NCBI GenBank assembly: GCA_963804645.1 | Contig: CAWDRG010000009.1 | Span: forward strand, 716,693 to 780,692 | DNA from: an uncultured Bacillota bacterium | GTDB taxonomy: Bacteria > Sysuimicrobiota > Sysuimicrobiia > Sysuimicrobiales > Segetimicrobiaceae | Length of the DNA stretch: 64,000 bases | Reading direction: 5' to 3' | In this document: positions 38,146 to 47,871 of the stretch, piece after piece | How positions within the stretch are numbered: the stretch's first letter is position 1 | Layout: the number at the start of each line of letters is the position of its first letter | Translations under genes and position numbers: made by a program | The notes under the pieces: generated by a model | Told to the model about the DNA's origin: nothing | What the model saw: the letters and a program-made list of their open reading frames with translations, nothing else | Database searches by the model: none

Positions 38146-38913
38146 CTAGCGGGATCCCCTCGAGCGGCCCGTGTACCGGTAGGCACGCTCCAGGAACTCG
38201 CGATCACCGCCGCGTCCCGGAAACCGGAGATGCGCCCGCGGGGTGTCCGGGGTGATGACGGTGCCGTTGATCCGCCAGTGGCGCTTGATCATCGCCGCGA
38301 TCTTTTCGAGGACGGGCTCGGCGCCGTGCAGGACCACGCCGTTGCGCCGTCCCCCGGGCGGCGCCGGCCAGTTGCCGTCGAGGTAGCCGCGCAGAAACGG
38401 CGCGGCGAGGTCCGACGGGACGTCGTCGAGCAGGGCCGGATCGTCGCCGTGGATATCCGAGGAGATGCCCCATGGGAGCAGCGCCTTGCACAGCGTTTGG
38501 TCCCGGATGTAGAGCTGCCACCCGAGCAGGCTGCTCTGGCAGAACTCGTGCCGGACGTGCGGCTCCGTGAGGTCGGCCATCAGCGTGTCCACGTACGCCT
38601 GCGACCGGCCGCCGAGCGTGATGATCAGCGCGAAGGACGTGCCCTGTCCGCAGATGCGCGCCGCGGCGGTCAGGAATCCGACCCAGTACACCTGCACGTC
38701 GGCCGGCGGCAGTCCGGGCTCGGCGACGCGCGTGCGGAGCAGCGGCACCGGATCCGACAGGCGGGCATCGGCCACCGGCGACAGGATCTGCTGCACCATC
38801 TTCAGCGGCAGGTGCTGGTTGTCGGCGATCTCGCTCGGGCTGCGGCCCTTCCGCGCTGCCCCGCGGATCTGCGTGACGTGCACGCGCCGTTCGAGTTCAG
38901 CTGCGCTTCGCAT
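38146..38913 (-). CDS. hypothetical protein with N-terminal HTH-like segment
   Basis: Start at MRSAAELERR. HTH-like RGAARKGRSPSEIADNQHLPLKMVQQIL. C-terminal domain has two weakly LAGLIDADG-like segments (YWVGFLTAAARI and FLRGYLDGNW) about 100 aa apart. Confidence 0.45.
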   Translation of the reverse strand: MRSAAELERRVHVTQIRGAARKGRSPSEIADNQHLPLKMVQQILSPVADARLSDPVPLLRTRVAEPGLPPADVQVYWVGFLTAAARICGQGTSFALIITLGGRSQAYVDTLMADLTEPHVRHEFCQSSLLGWQLYIRDQTLCKALLPWGISSDIHGDDPALLDDVPSDLAAPFLRGYLDGNWPAPPGGRRNGVVLHGAEPVLEKIAAMIKRHWRINGTVITPDTPRAHLRFPGRGGDREFLERAYRYTGRSRGSR

Positions 38914-38938
38914 GCGCCCGCGAATCACCACGGGCGGC

Positions 38939-39148
38939 CTACGACTCGTTCCCGGGCAGCGACTCTTGCTGAGGCGCGGCCGGGTCCGTCGGGATGGGGG
39001 CTGCGGGGACGCCCGATTCTGACGCCGGAGCCTCGTCGGTCGGGGCCGTGTGGCCGCGAGACTGCCGCCGCGCGAGCTTGGCGTCGCGCTTCGCCTTCTG
39101 CTTGAGTTCGCGCGCACGCTTGGCCGCGTTGTAGTTTGGACGACTCAC
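38939..39148 (-). CDS. small basic protein (about 69 aa)
   Basis: VSRPNYNAAKRARELKQKAKRDAKLARRQSRG... with AGGAGCG SD before a GTG; an alternative ATG lies 11 codons upstream. Co-directional with the HTH protein, 25 nt upstream of it. Confidence 0.35.
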   Translation of the reverse strand: MSRPNYNAAKRARELKQKAKRDAKLARRQSRGHTAPTDEAPASESGVPAAPIPTDPAAPQQESLPGNES

Positions 39149-39510
39149 CCAGCACGCTCCTGCGAATCCGAAGTACATCATAGTATACCACTCGGGCGCG
39201 CGCTTCCCGGAAGTCTGCGCGGTCCGCGGGCCCGCGCGGGGCGCCGCGCCGCACTCGTGAACCGGGCCCGGACTCGCCCACCCGTACGCGTGTTTGACGC
39301 CGCAGGCCCGTCTTGGTACAATAATCGTGTCGTCATACATGCGTTCGGCGGGGGATGTTGACACCGTCCCTCGCGGTGTGTCGCAGGCCTTCTTCGTGGC
39401 GAGTTGGTCCCGGCGAGACACGCGCAGGATGCCGGCACTAACTTGAGCGGCTCAGCCGCACCCGGCCCTTCAGGCCGGATCACGAGGAGGCGATTTGTAT
39501 TAGTACTGTA

Positions 39511-40686
39511 GTGACAGACACCGTTGTGACAGACGTGGAAGTGACCGATCCCCTGAGTTCGTTCGACAGCCTCGCACTTCGCCCGGAGACTTCCCGGGCC
39601 ATTCACGCGTTGGGCTGGACCACGCCCACGCCGATTCAGGCCAAGATCATCCCGATCATGACCTCGGGCCGGGACGTCGTCGGGCAGGCCCAGACCGGAT
39701 CGGGCAAGACCGGCGCGTACGGCATCCCGCTCGTCGAGCGCCTCGATCCCGCGAAGCGCACCATCCAAGCCCTGGTCCTGGTGCCGACGCGGGAACTCGC
39801 CCTGCAGGTGGCGGGCGACGTGCGGGCGCTCGGCCGCGGGCGCGGGCTTCGGGTCGTCGCGCTGTACGGCGGGCAGTCGATCGACCGGCAGTTCGCGGAC
39901 TTGAAGCGGCATCCCCACATTGCGATCGCGACCCCGGGCCGCCTCTTGGACCACATGGAGCGGCGCACCGTGAACATCGGGACGGCGGAGATCGTCATCC
40001 TCGACGAGGCGGACCGCATGCTGGACATGGGGTTCCTGCCGGACGTGTCCCGCATCCTCGGCAAGACGCCGAGCTCGCGCCAGACGGCGCTGTTCTCGGC
40101 GACGATCCCGATGGAGATCCGGTCGATCGCCTCGCAGCACATGCGGCTGCCGGAGTGGGTGGCGATCGAGGCCCGGGCACGGACCGTCGAAACCGTCGAG
40201 CAGTTCTATCTCGAGGTGGCGGAAGAGGACAAGGTGAAAGCGCTGCGCCGGCTGATGCGGGACGAGCCGATCACGTCCGGCCTCGTGTTCCGCCGGACGC
40301 GGCACCGTGCCGACCGGCTCGAGCGGGCGTTCGCCCGCGAGGGCGGGGTGGGCGTGATCCACGGCGGGATGCGCGAAACGGCGCGCCTTCGGGCGCTGCG
40401 CGACTTCGAGGAGAAGCGCGTGCGCCTGTTGATCGCCACCAATGTCGCGTCGCGCGGGCTCGATCTTCCCGAAGTCTCCCACGTCATCAACTACGATATC
40501 CCCGAGGACGTCGACACGTATATCCACCGCATCGGCCGGACGGCGCGCGCGGGACGGCGCGGCGTCGCGATCACGTTCGTCGGCCAGTACGACATCGATC
40601 TGTTCGATCAGCTGCAGCGCGGCATCGGGTCCGCACTGCGGCGCCACTCCCTCAATATCTACGAGAGCGGCCACCGGGCGCGTTAG
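39511..40686 (+). CDS. DEAD-box ATP-dependent RNA helicase
   Basis: Q motif, Walker A AQTGSGKT, PTRELA, DEAD (ILDEAD), SAT, and HRIGRTAR motif VI. Confidence 0.9.
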   Translation: MTDTVVTDVEVTDPLSSFDSLALRPETSRAIHALGWTTPTPIQAKIIPIMTSGRDVVGQAQTGSGKTGAYGIPLVERLDPAKRTIQALVLVPTRELALQVAGDVRALGRGRGLRVVALYGGQSIDRQFADLKRHPHIAIATPGRLLDHMERRTVNIGTAEIVILDEADRMLDMGFLPDVSRILGKTPSSRQTALFSATIPMEIRSIASQHMRLPEWVAIEARARTVETVEQFYLEVAEEDKVKALRRLMRDEPITSGLVFRRTRHRADRLERAFAREGGVGVIHGGMRETARLRALRDFEEKRVRLLIATNVASRGLDLPEVSHVINYDIPEDVDTYIHRIGRTARAGRRGVAITFVGQYDIDLFDQLQRGIGSALRRHSLNIYESGHRAR

Positions 40687-41245
40687 CCTCGCCGGGTCGC
40701 GAACGGATCGGGCCCCGACGGCGCATCGCGCGCCGCCGGGGCTCTTCGTGTGTGCGCCCGGTGCGCCGGGGCGGCCCCTCCGCTCATCGCGCGCGAGGTC
40801 GGTCGAGAGGTCGCCGCGCACGTGCACGTCCCCGCGTGCCGGGGCACGGCTCATGTGAGACATCACACCACTCCGTTCGTCTGTATACATGTAGTGATCA
40901 TGCGCGGCGATGTCCGTGCCGCGCGCCGCTCCCCAGGCGGGGGAGCCGTGAGAACGTGTCTCATCGACCGGCCACACACGAGCCCGATCGGATGAGACCG
41001 CGTTCTTGATGGGCGGGGTAGGACGGGTGTTCTGTATGGGGTCAGCGGCGGATCTTGCAACCTATCGCCGCGCCGCGATTCGGGCGAATTCTGGGGCTGC
41101 TCGACGGAGGCCTCTGGTTCTCTCAAAATCTTTCAAGATTCCTCCGAGTTCCAGGAGGAAAAAAGCAAGTAGTGTCGTATGTAGGGTATGCGAGGGCCAA
41201 AATAGGCCCCCCTGGACACCAAATATCGAAAGGAGGGCCCAATTC

Positions 41246-41290
41246 GTGGCAACCAAGAAGAAGGCAGCCAAGAAGGGTAAGAAGCGCTAA
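41246..41290 (+). CDS. 14-aa lysine-rich mini-ORF (candidate leader peptide)
   Basis: GTG start 9 nt after a GGAGG SD. Peptide VATKKKAAKKGKKR carries 7 AAG Lys codons. A GC-rich hairpin lies 24 nt downstream. Confidence 0.3.
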   Translation: MATKKKAAKKGKKR

Positions 41291-41313
41291 ATCGCAATTA
41301 GGTACGGCTTTTC

Positions 41314-41350
41314 CCGGGGGGTGCTGCCCGAATGAGGCAGGGCCCCCCGG
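41314..41350 (+). terminator. GC-rich hairpin (terminator/attenuator-like)
   Basis: CCGGGGGG-(TGCTGCCCGAATGAGGCAGGG)-CCCCCCGG with an inner CTGCC/GGCAG pairing, followed by ACGTTTTCC. Confidence 0.4.
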
Positions 41351-41431
41351 ACGTTTTCCCGGGCGGCGCGCGCATCGCGGCGCGCCGAGGCGGCGGAGGA
41401 TGATGTCCGCTCCGGGCGAAACCTTCGCCGT

Positions 41432-42538
41432 ATGACGGATCCCAGGATCGAGAAGCTCGCCCGCGTCCTGATCCACTACGCGCTCCGCCTGGAACCCGGC
41501 CAGCTCCTGCGCATCCGCGGGCCCGCGCTCGCCGCGCCGCAGATTCTCGCCGCGTATCGTGAGGCGCTGGTCGCCGGCGCGCATCCGACGGTGCGGATCA
41601 GCGTCGAGGGCCTCGACGACATCTACTACCGCACGGCCACGGACGACCAGTTGCGCTACGTCTCGGCGCTCGACCGGCACGAGGTCGAGACGCTCGACGC
41701 GGAGCTGTCGTTTCTCGGCGCCTACAACACCCGGGCGATGACGCGGGTCGATCCCGGCCGGATGCGGATGCGCCGCGAGGCGACGCGGGAGCTGAGCCAG
41801 CGGTTCATGGAGCGGGCCGGCGCGGGCACGCTGCGGTGGTGCCTCACGCAGGCGCCGACCCAGGCCGACGCCCAGGAAGCGGAGATGTCGTTCGGCGAGT
41901 ACGAGGCGTTTGTATACGGCGCGGGGCATCTCGATGAAGACGATCCGGTCGCGGCGTGGGAGCACGTCGCGCGCGAGCAGGCGGCCGTCTGCGAGCGGCT
42001 CGCGCGCATGCGGACCCTGCGCATCGTCGCGCCGGACACCGATCTGACCGTGCACGTCGCCGGCCGCAAGTGGATCAGCGCGGCCGGGACGCACAACTTC
42101 CCGGACGGCGAGGTCTTCACGGGGCCGGCGGAGGACGCGACGCGCGGCACCGTCCGCTTCAGCTTCCCGGCGCTGTACGGCGGGCGCGAGGTCACCGACG
42201 TGCGCCTCGTGTTCGACGGCGGACGCGTCGTCTCGGCGACCGCGGCGAAGGGCGAGCAGCTCCTCCAGGCGATGCTCGACGTCGACGCGGGCGCCCGGGT
42301 CCTGGGCGAGTTCGCGTTCGGCCTCAACTACGGCATCCAGCAGTTTACGCGCAACATCCTGTTCGACGAGAAGATCGGCGGGACGCTCCACATGGCGCTC
42401 GGGGCCGCGTACCCGGAGACCGGCGGGAAGAACACGTCCGGCCTGCACTGGGATATGATCCTGGATCTGCGGGAGAACGGCGCGGAAGTCTTCGCCGACG
42501 GCGAGGTCGTCTACCGGAACGGCCGCTTCCTCACGTAG
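41432..42538 (+). CDS. aminopeptidase, M29 family (AmpS/PepS/aminopeptidase T-like)
   Basis: 368 aa with M29 family hallmarks (LARVLIHYAL, GTHNFPDGEVFTGP, FDEKIGGTLHMALG). Confidence 0.8.
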   Translation: MTDPRIEKLARVLIHYALRLEPGQLLRIRGPALAAPQILAAYREALVAGAHPTVRISVEGLDDIYYRTATDDQLRYVSALDRHEVETLDAELSFLGAYNTRAMTRVDPGRMRMRREATRELSQRFMERAGAGTLRWCLTQAPTQADAQEAEMSFGEYEAFVYGAGHLDEDDPVAAWEHVAREQAAVCERLARMRTLRIVAPDTDLTVHVAGRKWISAAGTHNFPDGEVFTGPAEDATRGTVRFSFPALYGGREVTDVRLVFDGGRVVSATAAKGEQLLQAMLDVDAGARVLGEFAFGLNYGIQQFTRNILFDEKIGGTLHMALGAAYPETGGKNTSGLHWDMILDLRENGAEVFADGEVVYRNGRFLT

Positions 42539-42827
42539 GCCGCTCCCCGCCGCGCGCGCGCTCGACGCGCTCGAAGAGGGCGGCGAACTCGGCCTCGGTG
42601 CGCTCGGTCACCTCCTCCGCCATCTCGGCGTAGCGGCGTCCCTCACCCGCCTTGATCTGGATGTTGGAGAGGACGCGGCCCTCGAGCTCGCGGAGGAGTG
42701 CGAGCACGTCGTCGGCCGGGACGCTCCCCCAGTCGCCCGCGAGCACGCGGTCCACGAACTCGTCGAGCGGGCGGGCGTCGTCTTCGCACACCTGCGCGTA
42801 CAGCTCCCACAGGCGCGCGCTCATTCG
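42531..42827 (-). CDS. hypothetical acidic small protein (98 aa)
   Basis: ATG overlaps the upstream debranching-enzyme stop (ATGA). Acidic, helical sequence. Confidence 0.45.
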   Translation of the reverse strand, partial: RMSARLWELYAQVCEDDARPLDEFVDRVLAGDWGSVPADDVLALLRELEGRVLSNIQIKAGEGRRYAEMAEEVTERTEAEFAALFERVERARGGERPT

Positions 42828-44809
42828 CCTGCGCCCCCGAGTTCCCACGCCTCGAGCAGCGCGGCGACGCTCCACGCCTGGGCGATGCATCCGGCCGCGC
42901 CGTACGGGGACGCTCCCTCGAAGATCTCGCTCACGGTGCCGAGTCCCGCCTCCAGCAGGTGCGCCCGGAACGGCTCGATGAGGCGGCGCGCCGCCGCGCG
43001 GTCGCCGGTCGCGCGCACGAGCGCCGTCGCGTACGGGCCGAGCCACCACGCCCAGACCGTGCCCTGGTGGTACGCCTCGTCCCGGGAGACGACCCCGCCC
43101 CGGTACCGGCCGCGGTAGGCCGGGTCGTCGGGGGCGAGCGACCGCAGGCCGAACGGCGTCAGCAGCTTCGCTCCCACCGCGCCAAGTACCGCGCGGGCCG
43201 CCGGCCCGTCGACCAGCGCGTGGGGCAGCGAGAGCGCGAGCAGCTGGTTCGGGCGGAGCGACCGGTCGGGCGTGCCGTCCGGCGCGATGACGTCGTACAG
43301 GTAGCCGCCGGCGTCGTAGAAGAACGCGCCCGAGAACGCGCGGCGAACCGCGGCCGCGCCGCTGGCGTACGCGGTGCCGTCCCGGCCGAGCATCTCCGAC
43401 CAGCGCGCCGCGACACACAGCAGTTCGTGCCAGAGCGCGTTCAGGTCGACCGCTTTGCCCATGCGCGGCGTGATCGCGCGGCCGTTCACGCGGGCATCCA
43501 TCCAGGTCAGGGCGAGCCCGGGCTCGCCCGCGGTCAGCAGGCCGTCGGCCGGATCGACGCGGATGCCGTGGCGCGTGCCGGACCGGTACCGTTCCGCGAT
43601 CTCCCGGATCGCCGGGTACACTCGCTCGAGGAGCTCGCGGTCCCACACGCGCGCGAGGTACCGGTCGAGCGCGTGCGCGTACCACAACGCCGAATCCGCG
43701 CTCGTGTACTCCGGAGGGGCGCCGTCGTCCGGGAACCGGTTCGGCAGCATGCCCTCGCTCACCACGTCGGCGAAGGAGCGGAGGATCTCGCGCGCGTCGT
43801 CGAGCCGGCCGGTGGCGAGCGTAAGCCCGGGCAGCGAGATCATGGCGTCGCGCCCCCAGTCCTCGAACCAGTGGTAGCCGGCGATCACCGAGTGCCGGCC
43901 GGCGCCCTGGACGAGGAACGCGTCCGCGGCGAGGACGAGCGCGTCGCGGAGCCCGCCGGGCCCCGGCAGCGTCGTGGGATCGCGCGGGAGCGCGCCGGCG
44001 CGGTCGATCAGCGTCTGCTGCCGGCGGCGCTCGTCTTCGTAGGTGGTGCCGGCCGCGGACGCGTCCGGCTCCGCGGAGACGCGCAGGGTGAGGTCCTCTC
44101 CCGGCTCGAGCGACGCCTCGAACACGCCGGGCACGTAGAGGTCTTCGATCGCGTCGAGCCCGCGGTCGCGCTCGACGCGGTGCAGGACGCGCCAGTACCA
44201 CGCCGGGGAGTCCGCGAAGCGGCCGCGGTCCACCGTGAGCGTGTACGGGACGGCGCCGGGCCAGGGCGTGACGCGGATGCCGCCCGGGATCGGCGCGACG
44301 TCGAACTGCCACCCGGGGTCGCCGTAGGTGTGCGTGTGGTGATCGCGCTCGGTCAGGTAGGGCCGGATCGCCATGCGCAGCGCCGGGCCGCCCGGGAGCA
44401 GCCGGTACCGGACGCAGGCGGTGTTCCGTCCGCGCGGCATCCAGACCGCCTTCTCGAGCACGGCGCCGGAGACCGCGAACGTCCAGACGGGAATCGAGCC
44501 GTCGAGCCGGAAGCCCGCGAGCGAGCGGTACCCCTCCGGGTCGATCGTCCCGTCGGCGTACTCGTTCGTCCCGAGCTCGACGAGGCGGCCGCGTCCATCG
44601 CGGAGATCGATCGTCTCGTCGACCTTCGCGACCAGCACGGTGCGGCGGACGGGCGGGGCGAGCGCGGCGACGAGGAGGCCGTGATAGCGGCGGGTGGTCG
44701 CGCCGGACACGGTCCCGGACGCGTAGCCGCCGATGCCGTTCGTGACGAGCCACTCGCGGCGGAGCGCCGCGTCGAGAAACGAGAGGAGGGAGTCCGGCAG
44801 GCTCAGCAT
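42821..44809 (-). CDS. glycogen debranching enzyme family protein (amylo-alpha-1,6-glucosidase, GDE N- and C-terminal domains)
   Basis: 662 aa. N-terminal GDE_N-like region (TNGIGGYASGTVSGATTRRYHGLL) and C-terminal (alpha/alpha)6-barrel region with GYHWFEDWGRD, typical of archaeal-type GDE/GH133. Confidence 0.8.
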   Translation of the reverse strand: MLSLPDSLLSFLDAALRREWLVTNGIGGYASGTVSGATTRRYHGLLVAALAPPVRRTVLVAKVDETIDLRDGRGRLVELGTNEYADGTIDPEGYRSLAGFRLDGSIPVWTFAVSGAVLEKAVWMPRGRNTACVRYRLLPGGPALRMAIRPYLTERDHHTHTYGDPGWQFDVAPIPGGIRVTPWPGAVPYTLTVDRGRFADSPAWYWRVLHRVERDRGLDAIEDLYVPGVFEASLEPGEDLTLRVSAEPDASAAGTTYEDERRRQQTLIDRAGALPRDPTTLPGPGGLRDALVLAADAFLVQGAGRHSVIAGYHWFEDWGRDAMISLPGLTLATGRLDDAREILRSFADVVSEGMLPNRFPDDGAPPEYTSADSALWYAHALDRYLARVWDRELLERVYPAIREIAERYRSGTRHGIRVDPADGLLTAGEPGLALTWMDARVNGRAITPRMGKAVDLNALWHELLCVAARWSEMLGRDGTAYASGAAAVRRAFSGAFFYDAGGYLYDVIAPDGTPDRSLRPNQLLALSLPHALVDGPAARAVLGAVGAKLLTPFGLRSLAPDDPAYRGRYRGGVVSRDEAYHQGTVWAWWLGPYATALVRATGDRAAARRLIEPFRAHLLEAGLGTVSEIFEGASPYGAAGCIAQAWSVAALLEAWELGGAGE

Positions 44810-44846
44810 CGCGCGCCGCGCGGCCGCCGGGACCCGCGGCGTCGCG

Positions 44847-45767
44847 CTAGTGGCCCTCGAGATAGCGCTCGACGTCCATCGCGGCCATGCAGCCCCAGCC
44901 CGCGGCCGTCACCGCCTGGCGGTACCGCTGGTCGTGCACGTCGCCCGCGGCGAACACCCCCGTGATGTTGGTCATCGTGTGCTCGCGAAGCCGCACGTAC
45001 CCCTGCTCGTCCAGTTCGACCTGGCCGCGGAACAGCTCGGTGTTCGGATGGTGGCCGATCGCGAGGAACAGCCCGTCCACGGGAAACTGCTCGACCGCGT
45101 TCGTGCGGAGGTCGCGCAGTGCGAGGCCCGTGACCTTGTCGTCCCCCAGCACGTCCTCGATGACCGTGTTCCAGCGCACACGGATCTTGCCGTGGTTGAG
45201 CGCGCGCTCGGCCATGATTTTGCTCGCCCGGAACGCCTCGCGGCGGTGGAGAATCGTCACGCGGGTCGCGAACTTCGTGAGTACCAGTGCCTCCTCCATT
45301 GCCGAGTCCCCGCCGCCGACGACCGCGACCTCCTTGTTGCGGAAGAAGAACGCGTCGCACGGCGCGCACGAGGAGACGCCGTGGCCGATCAGGCGCTGCT
45401 CGTTCGGCAGCCCGAGCCAGTTGGTGCCCGCCCCGGTCGCGATGATCACCGACTCGCTGGTGAGCGTCCGGCCCCCCACGGCGATCTCGAACGGGCGCCG
45501 GCGCAGCTCGACCGCGGTCGCGTCCTCGTCGATGAAGTCGACTTCGAAGCGCTCCGCCTGCCGGCGCATGACCTCCATCAGCTCCGGCCCCTGGATGCCG
45601 TCCGCGAACCCCGGGAAGTTCTCGACGTCGGTCGTCATCGTGAGCTGCCCGCCGCGCTGGCTGCCCGAGATCACGAGCGGCCGCAGCTGCGCGCGGGCGG
45701 CGTAGACGGCCGCGGTCAGTCCCGCGGCGCCCGACCCGATGATGACCACCTTGAGCGTGTCCGCCAT
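44847..45767 (-). CDS. trxB: thioredoxin-disulfide reductase
   Basis: FAD motif GSGAAG, redox-active CAPC (SSCAPCD), NADPH motif GGGDSA. GGAGGTG SD. Confidence 0.9.
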   Translation of the reverse strand: MADTLKVVIIGSGAAGLTAAVYAARAQLRPLVISGSQRGGQLTMTTDVENFPGFADGIQGPELMEVMRRQAERFEVDFIDEDATAVELRRRPFEIAVGGRTLTSESVIIATGAGTNWLGLPNEQRLIGHGVSSCAPCDAFFFRNKEVAVVGGGDSAMEEALVLTKFATRVTILHRREAFRASKIMAERALNHGKIRVRWNTVIEDVLGDDKVTGLALRDLRTNAVEQFPVDGLFLAIGHHPNTELFRGQVELDEQGYVRLREHTMTNITGVFAAGDVHDQRYRQAVTAAGWGCMAAMDVERYLEGH

Positions 45768-45862
45768 GCCGTGCACCTCCCGGCGGGGGTGGTCCCGCCG
45801 CCTGCTTTCACAACGTGTCCGGCCCGCGAATTCTTCCCCGCCCGGGGAGGCCCGCCGCGCGA

Positions 45863-47311
45863 TCAGGCGCGGGCGGCGAGCACGCGGTGGTGCTGGACGA
45901 AGTTCGTCCGGCCCCGCGCTACGATCGGGACCGAGCCCATGATCACCACGGCGTCGCCGGGGCGCGCGAGGTGCCGGTGGAGCAGCTCCCGGTCGACCGC
46001 CCGGATCATCGCCTCCGTGCTGTGCTGGAACGGCACGACGAGCGGCCGGACGCCCCAGCAGACGCTCAGGAGGCGCGCCACGCGCTCGTCCTCCGTGCAC
46101 GCGAGGGCGGGGACCGAGGGGCGGAGGCGCGAGATCGCCCGGGCCGCCCGGCCGGTCGTCGTCAGCACGACGATCATGCGCACCCGGCAGTCCTCGGCGA
46201 TCTCCTGCGCGGCGGACGCGATCGACTGTAAGAGTGTCGGGCGCGCGAGCGGGCCGGGACCGTCGAAGCGCGTGCCGGCCTCGACCGCCTGCGCGATCCG
46301 CACCATCGTCGCGACGGCCTGCACGGGGTACCGGCCCACCGCGGTCTCGGCCGAGAGCATCACCGCGTCGGTGCCGTCGAGGATCGCGTTCGCAACGTCG
46401 GAGGTCTCGGCGCGCGTCGGGCGCTCGTCCCGCACCATCGACTCGAGCATCTGCGTCGCGGTGATCACCGGGACGCCCCGGTCGTTCGAGACGCGGATGA
46501 TCCGCTTCTGGAGCAGCGGGACCTGCTCCGGCGGCAGCTCGACGCCGAGGTCGCCGCGGGCGACCATCACGGCGTCGGACGCGGCGACGATCTCCTCGAG
46601 GTTGCCGATCGCCTCGAAGCGCTCGAGCTTCGAGACGATCGGGACCGACCGCCCGAGCCGGCGCATCACGCGCCGGGCGTTCTGGAGGTCCCGGGCCGAG
46701 CGGACGAAGCTCAGCGCCACGAAGTCGACGCCCGCGCGCAGTCCGTAGCGAAGGTCCGCGAGGTCCTTCGGCGTGAGCGACGGGCCGCGCAGCGGCACCC
46801 CCGGCAGGTTGACGCCCTGGTGGCTGTCCAGCACGCCGCCCTCGACGACGCGGCACCGGACCTCCTGGCCTGCGCGGCCGAGTGCGAGGAGCTCGATCAT
46901 CCCATCGCGCAGCAGGATGCGCTGGCCGCGGCGGACGAGGCCGGTGAATCGGGGAAACGCGATCGGGATCCGCTCCGCGCCGCCGATCACGCGCCGCGTG
47001 GTCAGGATCACCTCGTGGCCCGGGACGAGGTGCACGGGATGCGCGAGGCGGCCCACCCGGATCTTCGGGCCCTGCAGGTCTTGCAGGATCGCGAGCGGCG
47101 CGTCGGCGCGGCGGGCGACGCTCCGGAGGCGCGCGATCAGGCGTCCGTGGTCGGTGCGTGCGCCGTGGGAGAAGTTGATCCGCGCGACGTCCATCCCGGC
47201 CGCGAGCAGGCGCTCGAGCACCTTCTCGCTGTCGCTCGCGGGGCCGATCGTCGCGACGACTTTCGTCCCGTGGGAAGTGATGGGGCGCGGTACCGCGTGC
47301 GCGCTCGGCAT
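45863..47311 (-). CDS. pyk: pyruvate kinase
   Basis: TKVVATIGPAS, MVARGDLGVE, and the C-terminal allosteric domain. GGAGGAG SD. Confidence 0.9.
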   Translation of the reverse strand: MPSAHAVPRPITSHGTKVVATIGPASDSEKVLERLLAAGMDVARINFSHGARTDHGRLIARLRSVARRADAPLAILQDLQGPKIRVGRLAHPVHLVPGHEVILTTRRVIGGAERIPIAFPRFTGLVRRGQRILLRDGMIELLALGRAGQEVRCRVVEGGVLDSHQGVNLPGVPLRGPSLTPKDLADLRYGLRAGVDFVALSFVRSARDLQNARRVMRRLGRSVPIVSKLERFEAIGNLEEIVAASDAVMVARGDLGVELPPEQVPLLQKRIIRVSNDRGVPVITATQMLESMVRDERPTRAETSDVANAILDGTDAVMLSAETAVGRYPVQAVATMVRIAQAVEAGTRFDGPGPLARPTLLQSIASAAQEIAEDCRVRMIVVLTTTGRAARAISRLRPSVPALACTEDERVARLLSVCWGVRPLVVPFQHSTEAMIRAVDRELLHRHLARPGDAVVIMGSVPIVARGRTNFVQHHRVLAARA

Positions 47312-47551
47312 CAGGAACCACTCCTCCCCGCGGCCGTCCGGGCTCGCGGGACGCGGACCCGCATCGTGCCGTTCCTGCGTGACGGTCCGGGCATGTGCCA
47401 TCGTCCCCACGACAGGTCTTCGCCGCGGGACCGCCCATTCCCGACCAGGCGGCGAATATTGTTGGCGCGGGTCGGGGGAGGAGCGCGGCGCGGGCGGATG
47501 CAATTGCAGGAAGGGCCGCGGTACGGCGCGTTCGGCGGCCGGGAGATGGGC

Positions 47552-47857
47552 ATGGCGATCATGGCGATCAGCGTCACCCCGGTGGGGACGGGGTCCCCGA
47601 GCGTGGGGGCCTACGTGGCGGAAGCGGTGCGGGTGCTCGAGGAGAGCGGCCTCCGGTACGAGCTGCGCGCGATGCACACCGAGGTCGAAGGGGATCTGGA
47701 ACGGCTGCTCGCGCTCGTGCCCGAGATCCACCGCGCGTGCTTCGCGCTCGGGGCCCAGCGCGTGTCCACCGTGATCAAGATCGACGAGCGCCGGGACGCC
47801 CCGTCGTCGATCGCGGGCAAAGTGCGGTCGGTCGAGCACCGCCGCCGGCGCGCGTAG
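47552..47857 (+). CDS. MTH1187/YkoF-family (DUF77) protein
   Basis: MAIMAISVTPVG...YELRAMHTEVEGDLERLLALV fits the DUF77 thiamine-binding/ion-tolerance fold. Start is chosen at the ATG with the best SD spacing. Confidence 0.6.
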   Translation: MAIMAISVTPVGTGSPSVGAYVAEAVRVLEESGLRYELRAMHTEVEGDLERLLALVPEIHRACFALGAQRVSTVIKIDERRDAPSSIAGKVRSVEHRRRRA

Positions 47858-47871
47858 GCGGCACCCGGGCG

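Noticed and set aside
44847-47839. Over-extended ORFs 44847-47438 (863 aa) and 45863-47839 (658 aa)
   Set aside because: Real genes are the C-terminal portions only (trxB from MADTLKVV, pyk from MPSAHAVP), each with a good SD. The N-terminal extensions are R/P-rich read-through of upstream non-coding or other-gene sequence.
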